DNA of 64,000 nucleotides from Octopus sinensis (GCF_006345805.1 NC_043000.1:930001-994000), one strand, 5' to 3'. Positions 1-13,376 are shown, numbered from the stretch's first letter. Numbers and translations: made by a program. The notes: generated from the letters alone by a model not told the origin.

Positions 1-287
1 AAGCACGTTGATTCGTACGTGAGCAAGTCGTTCGAGTGAATAAAATATAGTAGACATCATACTTAAAAGCATAATGCCCATTTTCAGCTCAATCCTAGTC
101 TCGATTTGGCCACCATTAACCGTCAAAGCAAAATGTGCATACAATTTTTTGTCCAAGGACTGTTTTATGGATATAGATGAATGACGGGAAAATTATTTTC
201 GCTATAAATCAATAAATAAACAATTATTAGCAGGGATCTGTTCAGTTTGGATCACAGATTTTTAAAATTAATTTTTTAAACTAAACA

Positions 288-702
288 GGCGCAGGAGTGG
301 CTGTGTGGTAAGTAGCTTGCTAACCAACCACATGGTTGCGGGTTCAGTCCCACTGCGTGGCATCTTGGGCAAGTGTCTTCTGCTATAGCCCCGGGCCAAC
401 CAATGCCTTGTGAGTGGATTTGGTAGACGGAAACTGAAAGAAGCCTGTCGTATATATGTATATATATATATATATGTGTGTGTGTGTTTGTGTGTCTGTG
501 TTTGTCCCCCTAGCATTGCTTGACAACCGATGCTGGTGTGTCTACGTCCCCGCCACTTAGCGGTTCGGCAAAAGAGACCGATAGAATAAGTACTGGGCTT
601 ACAAAGAATAAGTCCCGGGGTCGATTTGATCGACTAAAGGCGGTGCTCCAGCATGGCCGCAGTCAAATGACTGAAACAAGTAAAAGAGTAAAGAGTAAAG
701 AG
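288..702 (+). mobile_element. SINE family A (tRNA-like head, internal (TA)n(TG)n, (GAGTAAA)n tail)
   Basis: A box TGGCTGTGTGG, B box GGTTCAGTCC, CORE-like ccttgggcaagtg segment; about 15 near-identical copies in the window. Confidence 0.9.
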
Positions 703-988
703 TTTGAAACTTCCTATACTGGTGGAATGACTCACGTAGAACACGGTTTAATATGCAACACAGGCAGTAAACACATTTAGTAGAGATGAACCGGAAGTTG
801 TTCCTCTTCTATTTCTATTGCAAACAGCAGTAGGTTTCTTCAACTGAATACAAGTCGTTGATTGGTTGAAATTACCCAAATACGGCAACTTTAATACGGC
901 AAATATATTGGAACGGCTTGTTTTACCAATCTGTTAACAATTGAGCATGTGAATTTATGAACTGGTCAACAAAATGTTAATTTTTTTT

Positions 989-1198
989 TACTCTTTACTC
1001 TTTTACTTGTTTCAGTCATTTGACTGTGGCTATGTTGGAGCACCGCCTTTAGTCGAATCAAATCGATCCCAGGACTTATTCTTTGTAGGCCTAGTACTTA
1101 TTCTATCGGTCACTTTTGCCGAACCGCTAAGTGATGGGGACCTAAACACACCAGCATCGGTTGTCAAGCGATGGTGGGGAACAAACACAGACACACAA

Positions 1199-1272
<74 letters not shown>

Positions 1273-1430
1273 ACATATATACGACGGGCTTCTTCTATTT
1301 TCCGTCTACCATATCTACTCACAAGCTTTGGTCGAACCGAGGCTATAGTAGAAGACACTTGCCCGAGGTGTCACGCAGTGGCACTGAACACGGAACCATG
1401 TGGTTGGTAAGCAAGCTACTTACCACACAG
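989..1430 (-). mobile_element. SINE family A
   Basis: Reverse-complement copy of 288-702. Confidence 0.9.
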
Positions 1431-1817
1431 TGCTATTTTGCTTTTAGATAAATATTTTAAGTTCATGCTATCGCAATGTTTGACGTTACAAAAGACCTGC
1501 TGTTTACTCTTTCTTGATAACAAATGCTTTTTGCAGGATGTTGACAAAATCATAGCTTCTAAATTCTGTTTCTTGACTGGGTGAAAATGATCAAACTTTA
1601 AACTTCTATAACTTTTTAAAACATTTTTTCTGAAAAAAGTGAAATAACTGTAGCAATTCACCTTGGAAAAGTATATTAATTTGCCAAATTTAAAAATTTT
1701 GAAATGCTGACAACCAAACCAAATAAATCCCTTCAAGCAATCTGTAGAAAATATAAGAAGCAACTTTCAGGAGCTATAGTGATTTATTGGTGCACATGGT
1801 TGTGAATGTTTCCCATA

Positions 1818-1966
1818 GGCGCAGGAGTGGCTGTGTGGTAAGTAGCTTGCTTACCAACCACAAGGTTCCGGGTTCAGTCCCACAGCGTGGTATCTTGGGT
1901 AAGTGTCTTCTACCATAGCCTCGGATTTGGTAGACGGAAACTCAAAGAAGCCCGCCGTATATATGT

Positions 1967-2010
<44 letters not shown>
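1818..2010 (+). mobile_element. SINE family A, 5' half
   Basis: Head to internal microsatellite only. Confidence 0.85.
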
Positions 2011-2011
<1 letters not shown>

Positions 2012-2424
2012 CTCTTTAGACCAAGGGTATCTTGATTATATGAAGTTTACATTGCCGTTAAGGGAGCCATATTAATACACGCAGGATTCTATTAATATGC
2101 GTAGAAATCACAGTTTGAGTGGACAATATAATTGCGAAGAGAAAATAGGAATGTAAGAACAGAAAGTGGGAAAGTTTACAAGTAAAGAATCTAAGCGAAT
2201 ATTTAACAAATGGTTTTCAATAGGGTCATTTAAACCAAGTCGGAGCAAGAGAGGAGGAAGCAGTGGTATTTGAATAGGATAGTGTGGAGCGTGCAAAAGG
2301 AAGGTGTCAATGGGAAGAAAAATGTATACTTACAAGATGGAATAAGTAGTAAAATTTAAAATCTAGCGAAGAGGAGGAATGGTAGTAATGGCTTAAATCT
2401 AAGAACTAAGGTGTGTATTGTTGA

Positions 2425-3154
2425 GCGTCCTGCTCGTACTCGTACAGTGACCAATCATTTCCGACCTGAGGGCCTATGTCGAACGACTGCTATCGCGTGT
2501 GGGACGCGTCGTTTTATCAACCGAGTCTATCGTGAATATTGTCGCGCTTCCTTCCTTGAAACGGGAAGGAAGAGCCATTTTCATCGTACTTGTGGCTATG
2601 GCGAAAGAATATGTATGGTGGATGCGTCTGAAAGGTCTAGGGACAAACACTTTCCTCTCTGGTCAATCTCTCATCAACTTCTTGAAGTATCACTTGAGGA
2701 GGAAGGTGAGAGTAGAGAGGGAAGTTTTGTCTAGTGAATGCTTAAAAAAAAAAGATGGGTGAATGTAGCAAGGATTGCACGTGTGAATGACGGAGCCAGC
2801 TAGAGCATAATCCTATGAAGCAAAAGGAAAAAAAAAACAAAAGGAAAAAAGAGAACCACTTACTGTAATGTGTTTTCTTTTTGCATGACACTATTGCCCA
2901 AGATTCCCGTGGTCTTTTCCGTAGGCTTTTCTATCCACGGACAAACCTAATCTGTTCTCCCTTTTTACATTGACATTTCTGTGATACACTATCCCTATTG
3001 ATCGGCCTCACTTTTTGTTTCTTGGGGGTTTTTTTCACGATCCCTTTTGATCGGAATTCGCCCCCTTTTTTCCTTTCTATTCTTCCCAAAATGAAAAGCT
3101 CTACTTTGTATTTTGTCCCTTCTGCGTTTAGACCTGCGTGGCCAATGAAGAAAT
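2425..3154 (+). mobile_element. Tx1/L1-like LINE 3' fragment, older copy
   Basis: LSTESIVNIVALPSLKREGRAIFIVLVAMAKEYVWW is homologous to the 26899-27270 ORF; the 3' UTR ends ggccaatgaagaaatc. Confidence 0.8.
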
Positions 3155-3484
3155 CTATTATTAATATGGCCTTTTCCACGCACATACATACATATACATA
3201 CTTTTTTGTTGTGTGTATGTGTGTGGAATGTAGATAAAAATAGTTGTATGTATGTGTGGAATGTAGATAAAAACAGTGTCGCATTCTAAACTTGAGAAAA
3301 GCCTTGAATTATTTATAATGTACAAGTTACGTATGTATGTATGCATTTTTGTACATGTGTGTGTTTGCGGCGAAGGTTCGTTCTTACCTGTTTCATTTGT
3401 GTATGTAAAATTCGTAAATATCCAAGAAGAAAACGAGATTGACGTCGAAAAGTCCGTATTAATGATAATATTTCATGAGTTTAA

Positions 3485-4168
3485 GGCAGCGGGCCGTCAG
3501 AAACGCCAGCACGCCGGACGAAATGCCTAGCGGTATTTCGTCTGTCGTTACGTTGTGAGTTCAAATTCCGCCGAGGTTGACTTTGCCTTTCATCCTTTCG
3601 GGGTCGATAAATTAAATACCAGTTCCGCACTGGGGTCGATGTAATCGACTTAATACCTATGTCTGTCCTTGTTTGTCCCGTCTGTGTTTAGCCCCTTGTG
3701 GGTAGTAAAGAAATAGGTATTTCGTCTGTCGTTACGTTTTGTATGCATATTTTGCTTTGACGGTTAATGGCGGCCAAACCGAGACTAGGATTGAGCTGAA
3801 AATCGGCACTATACTTTTAAGTATGATGTCTACTATATTTTGAGTCCAAATTTCGCCGAGGTCGACTTTGCCTTTCATCCTTTCGGGGTCGATACATAAA
3901 TTACCAGGTACGCACTGGGGTCGATGTAATCGACTTAATCCATGTGTCTGTCCTTGTTTGTCCCCTCTGTGTTTAGCCCCTTGTGGGTAGTAAAGAAATA
4001 GGTATTTCGTCTGTCTTTATGTTCTGAGTTCAAATTCCACCAAGTTCGACTTGGCCTTTTATCTTTTGGGGGTCCATAAATTAAGTACCAGTTGTGTACT
4101 GTGTCGATCTAATTGACTGGCCCCCTCACCCAAAATTTTGGGCCTTGTGCCTAGAGTAGAAAAGAATA
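3485..4168 (+). mobile_element. SINE family B concatemer (three units, last with a variant tail; 103 bp insertion in unit 2)
   Basis: B box GAGTTCAAATTCC; central gtcgactttgcctttcatcctttcggggtcgataaattaagtacc resembles the Meta-SINE domain (from recall); gaaatag|gtatttcg junctions. Confidence 0.85.
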
Positions 4169-4402
4169 TTTCATGTGTTTACAGTTGACAACACGTGCTG
4201 TCACGCACAGGAAACTAACGAACGAATCTTGATGAGTCCGAGACTTATTCCGATTGATTGCCGAATATTTAGGAGGGCAAGGGAAAATTTAGGGAATGAC
4301 GTGAGGGTAGGGTGGGGTTGTTGTTATTTGTATTTTGAGAATAGGTTACGTAATTTGTGGCAACATGTAAAAATTATATTATCGCGTTCATTCAGGCAAT
4401 CA

Positions 4403-4693
4403 GTTGATTGTTCCTTCTCGAGCCATGCCTGGCTCATAAGGGCCGGTTTCCCGGTTTCCTTGGGGTATAGATTCCCCACCTGGACGGGACACCGGTCCAT
4501 CGCAGGTGAGCTGCTAGATGCAGGAGAAAGTTGTGGCGGAAGAGCCAGCAGAAGTTCGCGATTACCTTCTGCCGAAGCCGCGAGGAGCTTAGATGTTTCG
4601 CTCATAAACACACACATCGCCCGTTCTGAGATTCGAACCCGCGATCCCTCGACCGCGAGTACGCTGCTCTAATTACTAGGCCATGCGCCTCCA
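4403..4693 (-). mobile_element. SINE family C, older subfamily, tail type 1
   Basis: Head ggaggcgcatggcctagt...gggttcgaatc; tail gatggaccggtgtcccgtccagg...gaaaccgg. Confidence 0.8.
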
Positions 4694-5105
4694 CAATCAG
4701 TAGATTGCATAATAGAGAAGACTTCAGCTATGCAAAGATCATCTGTTAAATGACCCCCACCCTTAAATTCTTTACGCGTAAACTTTCCCACTCCCTTATA
4801 TATTTTTCTCAAAGACCTCTTTGAATGAACAGCACATGGAATCTACGTTTCCTCACTTTACATTTCAGATGACAAAATATGAATTCCTATTGGAATTTAC
4901 ATACCACGGACAGGAAGCATTTCTACCACTTCTACACACCACTTTCCTTGGATAATGGAACGGCAACAATAACAACTTTATACATTTTTATCTTTATTTC
5001 TACATTCATTCTCCTATTTCTCTATATACTCTTTATTTGCTTCCTTTCCCACATAACTCCTCATATTGAACTCTTATATTTTCCTCTATTTAACCATCTC
5101 ACATC

Positions 5106-5153
5106 GTCTCTGATGAAGAGATATCCCTAATATCCCAGAAACAGCTGTAAGAC
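5106..5153 (+). ncRNA. Minimal type-I hammerhead ribozyme motif
   Basis: gtct CTGATGA agag-atat-cccta-atatc-cca GAAA cagctg TA agac: stem I gtct/agac, palindromic stem III, GUA site. Confidence 0.75.
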
Positions 5154-5431
5154 TAACTTTCTCCTTATAAATATCCTGAAAGTTTCACACAGCCTTGGCT
5201 TTTTTGTCTCATTTTATTTAACGTATACATGCTCATACAAGACCCGCATTAGACTCCTCACTCATATCGTCATCGAATCGAGAGTTTAACTACAGTCCTT
5301 CCATAGCACATACATAGCGTTACTTGGCCCCTTGAGTTTTCTGGATACCAATAGCTCTCATGCCTATATATATATATATATCAGCGGTGAGCTACTACTA
5401 AACAAGGTAAAATTGCAGGTAAGTAGGAACA

Positions 5432-5970
5432 CTTTTTTTCTATTCTAGGCGCAAGACCCGAAATTTTAGGGGAGGGGCCAGTCGACTTGATCGACCCCAG
5501 TCCGCAACTGGTACTTAATTTATGGACCTCGAAAGGATGAAAGGAAAAGTCGACCTCAGCGGATTTTGAAGTCAGAACGTAAAGACTGACCAAATACCTA
5601 TTTCTTTATTACCCACAAGGGGTTAAACACAGAGGGGACAAACAAGGACAGACATAGGTATTAAGTCAATTACATCGACCCCAGTGCGTAACTGGTACTT
5701 AATTTATCGACCCCGAAAGGATGAAAGGCAAAGTCGACCTCGGCGGAATTCGAACTCACAACATAACGCAGACGAAATACCGCTAAGCATTTCGCCCGGC
5801 GTGCTAACGTTTCTGCCAGCTCACTGCCTTTTATAAGTAGGAATATTTATTTCTTTATTGCCCACAGGGAGCTAAACACAGAAGGGACAAACAAGGACAG
5901 ATAATGGAATTACATCGACTGCTACTTATTTAATTGACCTCGAAAAGATGAAAGGCAAAGTCGACCTCGA
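5432..5970 (-). mobile_element. SINE family B dimer plus a truncated copy
   Basis: Head at 5829, junction at 5591-5604, variant tail at 5432. Confidence 0.85.
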
Positions 5971-6311
5971 TGGAGAGGAATATTAGCAGTGAACTGACTC
6001 ACCACTGGCATTCCAGAAGCATGATTGGCATTGTTGACCTTGGAAGAATTTTGATATAGAACAAAGTCTGACCTAGTTAACAAAACACAGACACCTTACA
6101 CACACACACACAGACTCACCGAGGGTTGCTGCATGAGAGAATTTTGTTACACACACATCTATCTCAAAACTGTTTAATGATATCAGTAAAGTAAGGTTTG
6201 ATAATTTTGACAAGAGAATGAGAAAGTGGGTTGGTTGTTACGAATGGTCAGGATCTTATCTCTGCTCTAACTATAAATACATAATGAAGGAGCTACCTAG
6301 CACTGCATACA

Positions 6312-6346
<35 letters not shown>

Positions 6347-6411
6347 GTACGTATGTATATACATATATATGTGTATATATCTTTATATATAGTTATATGT
6401 ATATATATATG

Positions 6412-6444
<33 letters not shown>

Positions 6445-6460
6445 ATGTATATATATACAT

Positions 6461-6586
6461 GGAGAAGGGAGACCGGTATGCATGGGCGACTGCTGGTCTT
6501 CCATAAAACAACCTTGCCCAGACTTGTGCCTCAGAGGGTAACTCTCTAGGTGCAAAACCCATGGTCAGTGTCTGACCGAAGGAGGT
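6461..6586 (+). mobile_element. SINE family D 3' fragment
   Basis: Matches the 3' part of 49729-50060. Confidence 0.8.
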
Positions 6587-6595
6587 AAAAAAATG

Positions 6596-6838
<243 letters not shown>

Positions 6839-7039
6839 ACATATATAAACATATGTGTACGTTTTGTAGTATTTAATGCATTTTTCATTTATTGAATTAC
6901 TGAATGCCACGCATCCCTACTTTAGTGAAACAGTAAGTTTTTATATATATATATTTTGCAACTCTTCTTTCTGTCTTTCTCTCTCGTCTTCAAATTTCTT
7001 TTCTAGCATCCCTACTTCCTCTCCACCTCTCTTCGTCTT

Positions 7040-7139
<100 letters not shown>

Positions 7140-7161
7140 TATATATATATATTGTATATAT

Positions 7162-7311
7162 TAAGTAATTAAGGGTTTAGCAACGATTTGCCTCACCACA
7201 CACCGAATTTAGAAATAGCAGTCAAGAGTTATGGCTATTCTTTCTACTTAACTGCTATTTCTAAATTCGGTGTGTGGTGAGGCAAATCGTTGCTAAACCC
7301 TTAATTACTTA
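7162..7311. repeat. Perfect 61 bp inverted repeat with 28 nt spacer next to (TA)n
   Basis: Arms 7162-7222 and 7251-7311. Confidence 0.9.
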
Positions 7312-7411
7312 GTATTTACTTAAACCTTCCTTGAATGGGGCTTTTACATGCCGAAATCTACTTGGTGAAATTAATGATTATTCCAAATTAATTAATTTCA
7401 CCCTATATTAT

Positions 7412-7494
<83 letters not shown>

Positions 7495-8017
7495 CATATA
7501 TTATACATATATATACACATGTAAATACCATGCCAGACAACCATTTTACGTTCATTGAAAAAAAGGATTCCCAATATAGGTATCCGATTTCGCATTTGAA
7601 AAAGTGTATTGCAAACTAGATCAATTATAACAACCAGCTACTACTGCGTGATAGATATTTCTTATGTCAGAGCACTTAGAAAAAAGATAGACAACCCTTA
7701 TATCCAGTTGGCTTCAAAATGGACTAAAGAAACGAAATGGCATAACAAAATATTTCAGGGCCTTTTGCGTGACGTTCTGCGATATGAAATTGCACACGGT
7801 TCCTTATACATGTAACTAAGAAATTTGGAAAGAACTCATAGTTGATTCTTTTAGTCCCATTACTTAATGTTTAATTTGTATTTATTTCATTGGCCCCGGA
7901 GTAATGACAGCCAGGACCAGCGTGATTTAAAACTATAATATATTGCAAAGGGACATAACTACATAGCTCAAAATATTTTATCCAGCTTTCTATTATGTTT
8001 CTTATACAAATGTCATA

Positions 8018-8425
8018 GGTGCAGGAGTGGCTGTGTGGTAAGTAGCTTGCTAACCAGCCACATGGTTCCGGGTTCAGTCCCACTGCGTGGCACCTTGGGC
8101 AAGTGTCTTCTACTATAGCCTCGGGCCGACCATAGCCTTGTGAGTGGATTTGGTAGATGGAAACTGAAAGAAGCCCGTCGTATATATGCATGTGTGTGTG
8201 TTTGTGTGTCTGTGTTTGTCCCCCCTAGCATTGCTTGACAACCGATGCTGGTGTGTTTATGTCCCCGTTACTTAGCGGTTCGGCAAAAGAGACCGATAGA
8301 ATAAGTACTGGGCTTACAAAAGAATAAGTCCCGGGGGTCGAGTCGCTCGATTAAAGGCGGTGCTCCAGCATGGCCGCAGTCAAATGACTGAAACAAGTAA
8401 AAGAATAAAAGAAAAGAAAGAATAA
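8018..8425 (+). mobile_element. SINE family A
   Basis: Full-length copy. Confidence 0.9.
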
Positions 8426-8984
8426 AATAGTTTCAAAAACGACTTGAAATTTTACTCACAGAAAATTTCCCACGGTACAGAATGTGCAGCCTTCTAGTAT
8501 ACGCAAGCAGATTTTCGTAAGAGGAGGGTTACATACGTAGAATCGACCACATTACTGAATAATGTTCACAGTATTTTCCTTTGGTTTCGTTATTGGTGGT
8601 TGTATATTCCTAAGAACCTTTAAGAGTAATGAACTTTTGGAAAAGAAATTACTAAGTTTTTTTTTTTTCTTTAAATTCATTTAATTTTCTTTTTCAAGCT
8701 TTTCTGATGAGCTCCGCCTAAGGTTTGATAATTAACCCGTTGTTGCTGATATTGTTGTTGTTTTTATTGTTGCTGTAGCTGTTTAAGACCACCCCCAACA
8801 AGCAAGACTACGGAGTCGCAATAATTTGGTTCGCTTAAGCTGAGTATCACAAAAGATCTTCCTAAATATTTAGTCTCGCAACACTTGCTTATAACAATAT
8901 CATTTAAAGTCAACATTAGATTCGTGCAGCTATAACCTGATTCATACGCAAACATACACAGCTAAACACACACACGCACACACG

Positions 8985-9015
<31 letters not shown>

Positions 9016-9123
9016 GCATGCACACACACGCACGCACACACATAAACACACACGCATGTGTATGTGTATAAATATATATTTACTCCCTCAAATATTTTAC
9101 CGATACGCATATGTGGATATATA

Positions 9124-9157
<34 letters not shown>

Positions 9158-9275
9158 TTAACAATTAAGGATAACTTCTTAATAAGGAATCTTAACAAGA
9201 AATTATCAGGTAGTTAGCGTGAAAAACCTCATAAGAGAAAAATTCTAAAATAATGTTTTTCTTTCGAACATATTA

Positions 9276-9533
9276 ATTTATATTGTAAAGAGGGCATTAT
9301 TACACATAAATGCCTCACACTAAGAGGGACATAAGTCATTACTACCAAAATTTCACTAATCGTACCTAATGCAGTTCTTCAAAGCAGGACATTTAAAAAA
9401 AGAATTCATTTTTTAAATGTCTTGCTTTAAAGAACTGCATTAGGTACGATTAGTGAAATTTTGGTAGTAATGACTTATGTCCCTCTTAGTGTGAGGCATT
9501 TATGTGTAATAATGCCCTCTATACAATATAAAT
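9276..9533. repeat. Near-perfect ~258 bp palindrome centred on GAATTC (9402-9407)
   Basis: Arms pair with only a few mismatches; the right end abuts (TA)n. Confidence 0.9.
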
Positions 9534-9544
9534 CATATATATAT

Positions 9545-9590
<46 letters not shown>

Positions 9591-10169
9591 CAAACATATA
9601 TATATAACACAAAAATGGGACAAGAACGCAAAACATCCAGACAATTAGGTGATACAAAAAAGGGACAACAAAACAACCAGGCAATACAACGAAACAAGGA
9701 CGAGTCATTCGGAGTTTTCAATCCTCAGTCGGATTCCAGATTACCTTTGCTAGACAGACAGACAGATAGATAGATAGATAGATATTTGAATGTGCACATA
9801 TACATATAAATGTAGATATGGTGTGTATGTATATACACACATACATACACACAGGTATACACATATGCATGCATACACACACGTATACATATATACATGC
9901 ATACACTCACACGCACATATACGGATGCATTTACACACACATACTGATATCTCAAAAGTAAATATACAAGCCTTCCTTATAGCATTTTGTCTGTGCGAAC
10001 ATTACTACAAAATACAGCGACGACCAAATCTTTCAAAACTGATGACATTTATGCTCTTTCGAGATGCTTGTGTCTCTGTGTGATGGGTACATTGTCACCA
10101 TTTTATATTTTTAATTTCGTGCATATGCATTGTTTGTTTATGATTTTGTCGAATACACAGTATAGTGGG

Positions 10170-10760
10170 ATCAGTTGGGCACCGTCTATGAGAAAAACAG
10201 CAGCATGACGTAATTCACTCTGCCAGAAATTTGGAAATGACATGCCGTACTACTTGGCATTCTTGCCGGAAGTTCTAATACGAACATTTTAGAGTGTTTG
10301 GGTGCCAATCTGAGGACATGTACCGAGAGTGATAAAAATCAAGCAGCCTATCAACATCATGGTGTTTGGAGTGATCACTAGTGATGACAACGTTATGTCT
10401 CCAGTCATCTTCCCACACAGCCTCAGATCCAACAGAGAAGCCCACATCAAGTGCCTGAAAAGGTAGTGCTGCCTTGGGTCAAGAGGGTGGCTGCTGGAAA
10501 ACTCTGTGCCTGGCAAGAGGGCTCTGCACCATGCAACACAAGCAGGAGAACCCAGTCATGGCTGTCAGTCAATCTCTGCGACCAACAAACTCCTTGAAAC
10601 ACTAGAAATGAATAAAAAAGAAGCATTATGGTGGCATTCACCAACTTAAACAAGAACACCGTTCAGAAGAGTTGCAGCAGATTCCGAAGTCATCCGGAGG
10701 CCGTGGATGAAGCCAATGGTAAGTTGATTGAATAAATTTACTCCTTAGTATTTGCAGCTA
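10170..10760 (+). mobile_element. maT-like Tc1/mariner remnant, internally deleted
   Basis: IMVFGVITSDDNVMSPVIFP, VVLPWVKRVAAG, WQEGSAPCNTSRRTQSWLS. The third catalytic residue is deleted, so the family call rests on similarity only. Confidence 0.7.
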
Positions 10761-10772
10761 TTTTTATGTAAT

Positions 10773-11190
10773 TTACTCTTTTACTCTTTTACTCTTTTAC
10801 TTGTTTCAGTCATTTGACTGCGGCCATGCTGGAGCACCGCCTTTAGTCGAGCAACTCGACCCCGGGACTTATTCTTTTGTAAGCCCAGTACTTATACTAT
10901 CGGGCTCTTTTGCCGAACCGCTAAGTGACGGGGACGTAAACACACCAGCATCGGTTGTCAAGCAATGCTAGGGGGACAAACACAGACACACAAACATACA
11001 CACACATACATATATATGTATATATACGACAGGCTTCTTTCAGTTTCCATCTACCAAATCCACTCACAAGGCTTTGGTCGGCCCGGGGCTATAGCAGAAG
11101 ACATTTTGCCCAAGATGCCACGCAGTGGGATTGAACCCGGAACCATGTGGTTGGTAAGCAAGCAGCTTACCACACAGCCACTCCTGCGCC
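10773..11190 (-). mobile_element. SINE family A
   Basis: Full-length copy. Confidence 0.9.
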
Positions 11191-11567
11191 TATATTTGGG
11201 TAAATATATCTGTTAAAATGAGATGTCAGTGTTATTTTCATTTTTGCGGAATTTAGACAGTTTATTCACCGCACTCTGTGTATATATGCATATTTATACA
11301 CACGCCTTCACACACAGACACACACTCACATACAGACATACACATAGATAAATGCATATATGCATGAATACACACATACATACACACACACACATGTACA
11401 CCCATAAAATATTCAGAGAGAAATAATTACAAATGCTTCCAATTTTACAATACATGTGCATGCATATATCTGTTTGAATGTGCGTCTCTCTCTCCCTCTC
11501 TCTCCCTCTCTCTCCCTCTCTCTCCCTCTCTCTCCCTCTCTCTCCCTCTCTCTCTCTCTGTATAAAA

Positions 11568-13310
11568 AACTTAGAGATAAAAACTTAGATATGTTTTGAC
11601 CAGAGATTGGTCCAGGCCAGTCTAACTTAATAGCACCACCTGATAGGATTATTCGAATCCTGTTTAAGTCAAGTAGTGAGTTTTGTTCAGTAGTGTGAGT
11701 TCTTGTTGGGTGAGTGTATCCAGTTTTGTTCAAGTAGTGAGTCTTGTTGGGTGAGTTGTATCCAGTTTTGTTCAAGTAGTGAGTTCTTGTTGGTGAGTTG
11801 TATCCAATTATGGGTGGCTTATCTGGTATTCTTTGAAGGAATCTATCCAGACTCTGTTGAAGTTGATGGGATCCTTTTCCTCTTTGATCTCCCTCGGGAC
11901 AATGTTAAATAGGGCAGGGCCTGTTGAGGAAAAGAAATTATGTTGCAGTGTACATGTATGTTTGTGATCTTGAATTTGGCAGGGGACGTATAGCCCGTGG
12001 TCCAAGTCTCGGATGAACTTGAAGCTAATGTTTAGGTCGTTGGGCAAAGTTGGCGGTATATTTTCCACATCGTACAAATGATGTACCGCTCACGGCGACG
12101 CTGGAGGGAGTAAAGTTTCAAGGCTTTAAGGCGATCCCAATAGTCGAGAGCAGCCATGCCTTCAATTTGTTAGTAAGAGCCCTCTGGGGTGACTCAATTC
12201 TGGAGATGTTGTCTTGTGTGAGGAGACCACAGTGGGCAGCAGTATTCAAGTGTGGCCGTACAAAGGATGAAAAAAGTGGTATGATGACACCTTGTTCTCT
12301 GGACCGGAAAGTTCTTAAGATCCAGGAACTCATCCTACGAGCTGTATCGACCTTCTTGTTGATGTGTGCACTCCAACTGAGATCGTCATCAACAATTACA
12401 CCCAGGTCTCTGATATGTTAGAGGCTGGGAGCGGTTCCCCTGAAGGAAGAGAGTATGGTTGTTTTAGTGAGGAATTTCTTCCAAAATGCATCAGCTCAAA
12501 TTTCCCTCATTCAGTTGCATTTTGTTTCTGTCTGCCCATTGACTCACAGCATATAGGTCAGACTGGAGTTGAGTTCGGTCTGCTTCTTCATTGACGATTT
12601 GCTGGAGCTTAGTGTCATCAGCGAATATTTTCACTTTGCAGTGATGTACGACACTGGAAAGGTCGTTTACATAAATATGAGAGTAGCGGACCCAAAACAG
12701 TTCCCTGGGGAACACCGCTGGTGACTTTTGCTGGGTTTGAGTGGACTCCATCAACTACAACATGTTGTGTTCTATTCGCTAGGAAATACTGAATCCAGTG
12801 TAGAATTTTCCACGGATTCCAACATTTGCCAATTTTGAGAGTAGGATGTTATGGTCTACCCTGTCGAACGCTTACTGAAGTCAAGGTATATGACGTCAGA
12901 GTTCGAACCTGTTCCCAAGGCTTTGAGTACATCTTCAATGTGGTGTAAGAGCTGTGTTAGACAGTCCCTGCCACAGCGAAAGCCATGTTGATTTGAATTT
13001 AGGAGTTTGTGGGTCTCCAGGAAGTCAGCTATCCTTGATCTTAACACTCTTTCAAACACTTTAATGATGTAGGAGGTGAGTGAGATGGGCGATAGTTGAC
13101 TGCGAGGGATCTGTTTCCCTGTTTGAAAACGGGATGACCGACTGGGATAGAAACTTTTTCGGTATATAACCTGCGTCTAACGAGTTTCTCCAGAGGTTGG
13201 TCAGAGGGACTGCAAGTTGATATCTACATTCCTTCAGGAGACTGGCGGGAAATCTATCAGGGCCTACAGCGGAGTAATGTTTGACCTCATTTATTGCTGC
13301 TACGATGTCG
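11568..13310 (-). mobile_element. CR1/L2-like LINE, decayed RT and 3' end
   Basis: RT motifs across frames: GPDRFPASLLKEC, NQHGFRCGRDCLTQLL, VIYLDFSK, YVNDL...KIFADDTKL, SSWILRTFRSR...FVRPHL. Confidence 0.9.
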
Positions 13311-13338
13311 GTGTGTATATATATATATATATATATAG

Positions 13339-13376
<38 letters not shown>

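Noticed and set aside
268-1451. Recurrent 60-160 aa ORFs such as MLGGQTQTHKH..., seen many times in the track
   Set aside because: They are incidental frames through SINE-A (and likewise SINE-B, C and D) copies.
8704-8730. CTGATGAG motif, plus similar ones at about 17697 (-), 40642 (-) and 59805 (-)
   Set aside because: No correctly placed GAAA with paired stems, so they are treated as chance matches.
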